A DNA stretch of 64,000 nt from NCBI GenBank assembly GCA_031409275.1, contig JANNXA010000045.1:32001-96000 (forward strand). Reading direction: 5' to 3'. The stretch's first letter is position 1. Every line of letters starts with the position of its first letter. Under the pieces are notes generated by a model that had not been told where the DNA came from, did no database searches, and worked only from the letters and a program-made list of their open reading frames with translations. The stretch is from Planctomycetota bacterium. GTDB lineage: Bacteria; Planctomycetota; B15-G4; SIAN01. The position numbers and the translations under genes are program-made. Positions 60,861 to 64,000 of the stretch are shown one piece after another.

Positions 60861-62390
60861 ATGCATCCGCTGCTGCAATCGCTCGGAGTCGCCGACCCTG
60901 CGCCGGGAGTGATCTGCGGCGAGCGCCGCGGCGGCAGCGGAGCACTGCTCGAATCGTCCGACCCGTCGACCGGAAAGTTGCTCGGCCGCGTCCGTCAGGC
61001 GACGCGCGCCGAGTACGACGAGGTGGTCGCGCGAACGGCCGCCGCCTTCGTGAAGTGGCGCACCGTGCCGGCGCCGCAGCGCGGCGAGATCGTTCGCCAG
61101 ATCGGCGAGGAGCTGCGACGCGTCAAGGAACCGCTCGGCCGGCTCGTCACCGCCGAATGCGGCAAGCTGCTCACCGAAGGGCTCGGCGAAGTGCAGGAGA
61201 TGATCGACATCGCCGACTTCGCCGTCGGCCTGTCGCGTCAGCTCTATGGGCTGTCGATGCACTCGGAGCGACCGTCCCATCGCATGTACGAGCAGTGGCA
61301 TCCGCTCGGCGTGGTGGGGATCATCACGGCGTTCAACTTCCCCGCCGCGGTGTGGAGCTGGAACGCGATGCTCGCCGCCGTCTGCGGCGACACGATGGTC
61401 TGGAAGCCGTCGCCCAAGACTCCGCTCACCGCCATCGCCGTGCAGCAGATCGCGAGCGAGGTGCTGGCGCGCCACGGCCATCCCGACGTCATGAGCCTGC
61501 TGGTCGGCGAAGTGGCCGACGTCGGCGAGCCGATGCTCGACGATCGGCGCGTGCCGCTCGTCTCGGCGACGGGCAGCTGCGCGATGGGCCGCATCGTCGG
61601 GGAGCGCGTCGCTCGCCGCTTCGGGCGCACGCTGCTCGAACTCGGCGGCAACAACGCGATCGTGGTGCTCGACGACGCCGACCTCGACCTCGCGTTGCGC
61701 GCCATCGCCTTCGGCGCGGTCGGCACGGCTGGCCAGCGCTGCACGACGACCCGCCGCGTCTACCTGCAGAAGGGGATTGCGGCGGCGCTCACTGCGCGAC
61801 TCGTGAAGGCGTACGCCACCTTCAAGCTCGGCGATCCGCAGGTGACCGGGACGCTGGTCGGACCGCTGATCGATCGCGCGGCGGTGACGGGCTACGAGCA
61901 GGCGTTGGCGCAGATCCGCGCGCAAGGGGGTGAAGTGCTCTGCGGCGCGAAGGTGCTGGCGGGCCCGGGCTTCGAGTCGGGCTGCTTCGTGGCGCCGACG
62001 CTGGTGCGTGCGCGCCACGACCTGCCGCAGCTCCAGCACGAGGTCTTCGCGCCGATCACCTACCTGATCGAGGTCGCCGACGTGGAGGAGGCGATCCGCT
62101 GCAACAACGCGGTGCCGCAGGGGCTCTCCTCGGCGATCTTCACGCTGAACCTGCGCCACGCCGAGCGCTTCCTCTCTGCTGCCGGCAGCGACTGCGGCAT
62201 CGCGAACGTCAACATCGGCACCAGCGGCGCCGAGATCGGTGGCGCGTTCGGCGGGGAGAAGGAGACGGGCGGCGGACGCGAAGCGGGCAGCGACTCGTGG
62301 AAGGCTTACATGCGCCGCCAGACCTGCACCATCAACTTCGGCACGTCGCTGCCGCTCGCGCAGGGCGTCCAGTTCGAGGTCGGCAGTTGA
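60861..62390 (+). CDS. Aldehyde dehydrogenase family 7 (AmaB/alpha-aminoadipate semialdehyde dehydrogenase-like)
   Basis: GEVQEMID, SERPSHRMYEQWHPLG, AFNFP, ELGGNN, GTAGQRCTT, SGAEIGGAFGGEK. Confidence 0.9.
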   Translation: MHPLLQSLGVADPAPGVICGERRGGSGALLESSDPSTGKLLGRVRQATRAEYDEVVARTAAAFVKWRTVPAPQRGEIVRQIGEELRRVKEPLGRLVTAECGKLLTEGLGEVQEMIDIADFAVGLSRQLYGLSMHSERPSHRMYEQWHPLGVVGIITAFNFPAAVWSWNAMLAAVCGDTMVWKPSPKTPLTAIAVQQIASEVLARHGHPDVMSLLVGEVADVGEPMLDDRRVPLVSATGSCAMGRIVGERVARRFGRTLLELGGNNAIVVLDDADLDLALRAIAFGAVGTAGQRCTTTRRVYLQKGIAAALTARLVKAYATFKLGDPQVTGTLVGPLIDRAAVTGYEQALAQIRAQGGEVLCGAKVLAGPGFESGCFVAPTLVRARHDLPQLQHEVFAPITYLIEVADVEEAIRCNNAVPQGLSSAIFTLNLRHAERFLSAAGSDCGIANVNIGTSGAEIGGAFGGEKETGGGREAGSDSWKAYMRRQTCTINFGTSLPLAQGVQFEVGS

Positions 62391-62974
62391 GCCGCGCCAC
62401 TCGTCTCGCGGCCGCGGCGGCGGCGCTCGCGTTCCTGCTCGGCGCGTTGGCGTTGAGCTTCTGGGTGGCGACGAAGAACTTCGCCATCTCCGATCCGGCG
62501 AAGACACCGCGCACCGCTGAAGTGCTGGCGATGACGCAGATCGAGGGCGATCAGTCGCGCGAGATGTTCTCGCGCTACTTCGCCTCGGAGAGCAACCGCG
62601 CGCTCTTCGCGTTCATGGGGCCGACGCAGGTCGTCGCGGCGCTGCTCGCCTTCGCGCTCGCCTTCGGGGCGGTCAAGGGGCAGCGGCGCGGCAAGGTGGT
62701 GCGTGCCCTGCTGGCGCTGGTGGCGGTCGTCGCGATCGCGCTGGCGCCGCTGGTCCCGAAGATGATCGAGTCGGGCCGCGCCATCGACTTCGTGCCGCGC
62801 GTCCCAGTCACGCCGGAGCGCGCCGACTTCATGAAGTGGCACGGGATCTACATGGCGGGCAACGCCGCGCTGATGGTCGCGGCGCTGGGGTTGGTGGTGT
62901 TGCTGGTGGCGGCCGCCTCGCAAGGCAACCGCCACCCCGAAGATCCCGCGAATGGCGCCAGACGAGCGGGCTGA
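62387..62974 (+). CDS. Membrane protein (about 4 TM, DUF4149-like)
   Basis: TTG overlaps the ALDH stop; hydrophobic helices; F...HG.Y motif. Confidence 0.6.
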   Translation: MSRATRLAAAAAALAFLLGALALSFWVATKNFAISDPAKTPRTAEVLAMTQIEGDQSREMFSRYFASESNRALFAFMGPTQVVAALLAFALAFGAVKGQRRGKVVRALLALVAVVAIALAPLVPKMIESGRAIDFVPRVPVTPERADFMKWHGIYMAGNAALMVAALGLVVLLVAAASQGNRHPEDPANGARRAG

Positions 62975-62992
62975 CCGCGTCGCCCACGACGA

Positions 62993-64000
62993 TCAGCGCC
63001 CGACGATCAGCGCGAGACCCTTCGTGAACGAGACGCCTTTCGTGGCGCCGGGGTCGACTTCGAGCACCTGCACGTTGAGCGTGTAACCGGCGAGCGTGCA
63101 GTCGTAGGGCACCGTCTCGGTGATGGTCGAGCCGTTCCTGGCCACCGTCAGGCTGAACGACCCGATCGGGTCGACCAGCAGCGTGCCGCCGAGCGACGTC
63201 GGCACCGAGATCTGCGTGATGCCATACAAGACCACGCCGAGCGTCGGCGCGCCGAGCGAGTTGCCGATCACGAGGTCGATGTCGCTGCCGAGGTCGGGAT
63301 CGCTGTTCAACTTGATGGTCGGCACGCCGTTGGTCCCGGCCCAGCCGCTGCCGTACTTGCTCCACGACGCGATCGGGCAGTTCGTGAAGTCGGAACTGAA
63401 GGCGTCGCGGACTCCGTTGCCGTCGGCCGGATCGAGGTTGGTCGCGCCGCCAAGGAAGGCGACGACGAGGCCGTCGTCGGAGAGGCGCGCGCGGTAGCAC
63501 TCGATGTCGGCGACGACGCCGTCGCAGCTCAGGCTGACCAGGGTCGTCGTGCCGGTCGGAACGTCGTAGAGGTAGATGTCGGCGTGGCCGTTGGGGTCGA
63601 GCAGCGAGAGGTTCTTGGCGCGCGACTCGAAAGCGATGGCGAGACCGTCCACGGAAATCGTCGGGTCCCAGCTGTCGCCGTTCGTCTCGCCGTTGGTGCC
63701 GCGATTGATGCGCGTGGTCGTCCCGGCGTTGCGGTCGCGCACGAAGATGTCGTACTTCTTGTTGGTGTCTCCGCTCACGAGATTCGTCGCGGCGGAGTCG
63801 AAGACGATCAAGCCGGCGTCGGCGGTCATGCTCGCGCCGATGATGGACGTGCCGTTCGACTGGACGCCGCCGGACGAGAGCGTGATCAGCTCGGTCGTGG
63901 CGAGCGTCCGATCGTAGAGGAAGAGGTCGTAGGCGCCGTTCGTGTCGCCGGCCACCAGGTTGCTCGCGTCGCTGACGAAGAGCACGTAGCGGCCGTCGTT
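62993..64000 (-). CDS. TolB/PD40-like repeat protein, 5' partial
   Basis: Repeats SxAxNLVxGDTNxxxDIFxxD; frame runs off the window edge. Confidence 0.85.
   Translation of the reverse strand, partial: NDGRYVLFVSDASNLVAGDTNGAYDLFLYDRTLATTELITLSSGGVQSNGTSIIGASMTADAGLIVFDSAATNLVSGDTNKKYDIFVRDRNAGTTTRINRGTNGETNGDSWDPTISVDGLAIAFESRAKNLSLLDPNGHADIYLYDVPTGTTTLVSLSCDGVVADIECYRARLSDDGLVVAFLGGATNLDPADGNGVRDAFSSDFTNCPIASWSKYGSGWAGTNGVPTIKLNSDPDLGSDIDLVIGNSLGAPTLGVVLYGITQISVPTSLGGTLLVDPIGSFSLTVARNGSTITETVPYDCTLAGYTLNVQVLEVDPGATKGVSFTKGLALIVGR

Noticed and set aside
60861..62390. ALDH7 functionally linked to the kamA cluster
   Set aside because: 43 kb away and belongs to a different (aminoadipate) lysine route

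Overview
Very GC-rich, gene-dense bacterial chromosome segment. Its protein repertoire suggests Planctomycetota; this is an inference. It holds about 55 CDS and a tRNA-Gly(GCC). No mobile element, CRISPR array or rRNA was seen. Main contents: a 1627-aa kinase-TPR-GAF-sigma54 activator followed by a -24/-12 promoter; a B12 radical SAM enzyme; a minor-pilin-like operon; housekeeping genes (sppA, thiD, purB, nadC, queF, comEA-like); a histidine kinase with a zinc-ribbon insert plus a sigma54 response regulator; two paralogous small HxHxW...CxCG secreted proteins behind a sigma54 promoter; and a kynureninase/anthranilate-CoA (abm-like) catabolic operon. Best leads: (1) an operon of lysine 2,3-aminomutase, two Ddl-like ATP-grasp ligases, a GNAT and a DUF3109-like protein, preceded by a roughly 550-nt structured leader; (2) a BCP peroxiredoxin with an in-frame UGA at the catalytic Cys and a SECIS-like hairpin, which the ORF track splits in two. 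All family assignments come from motif recognition by eye, with no database search.
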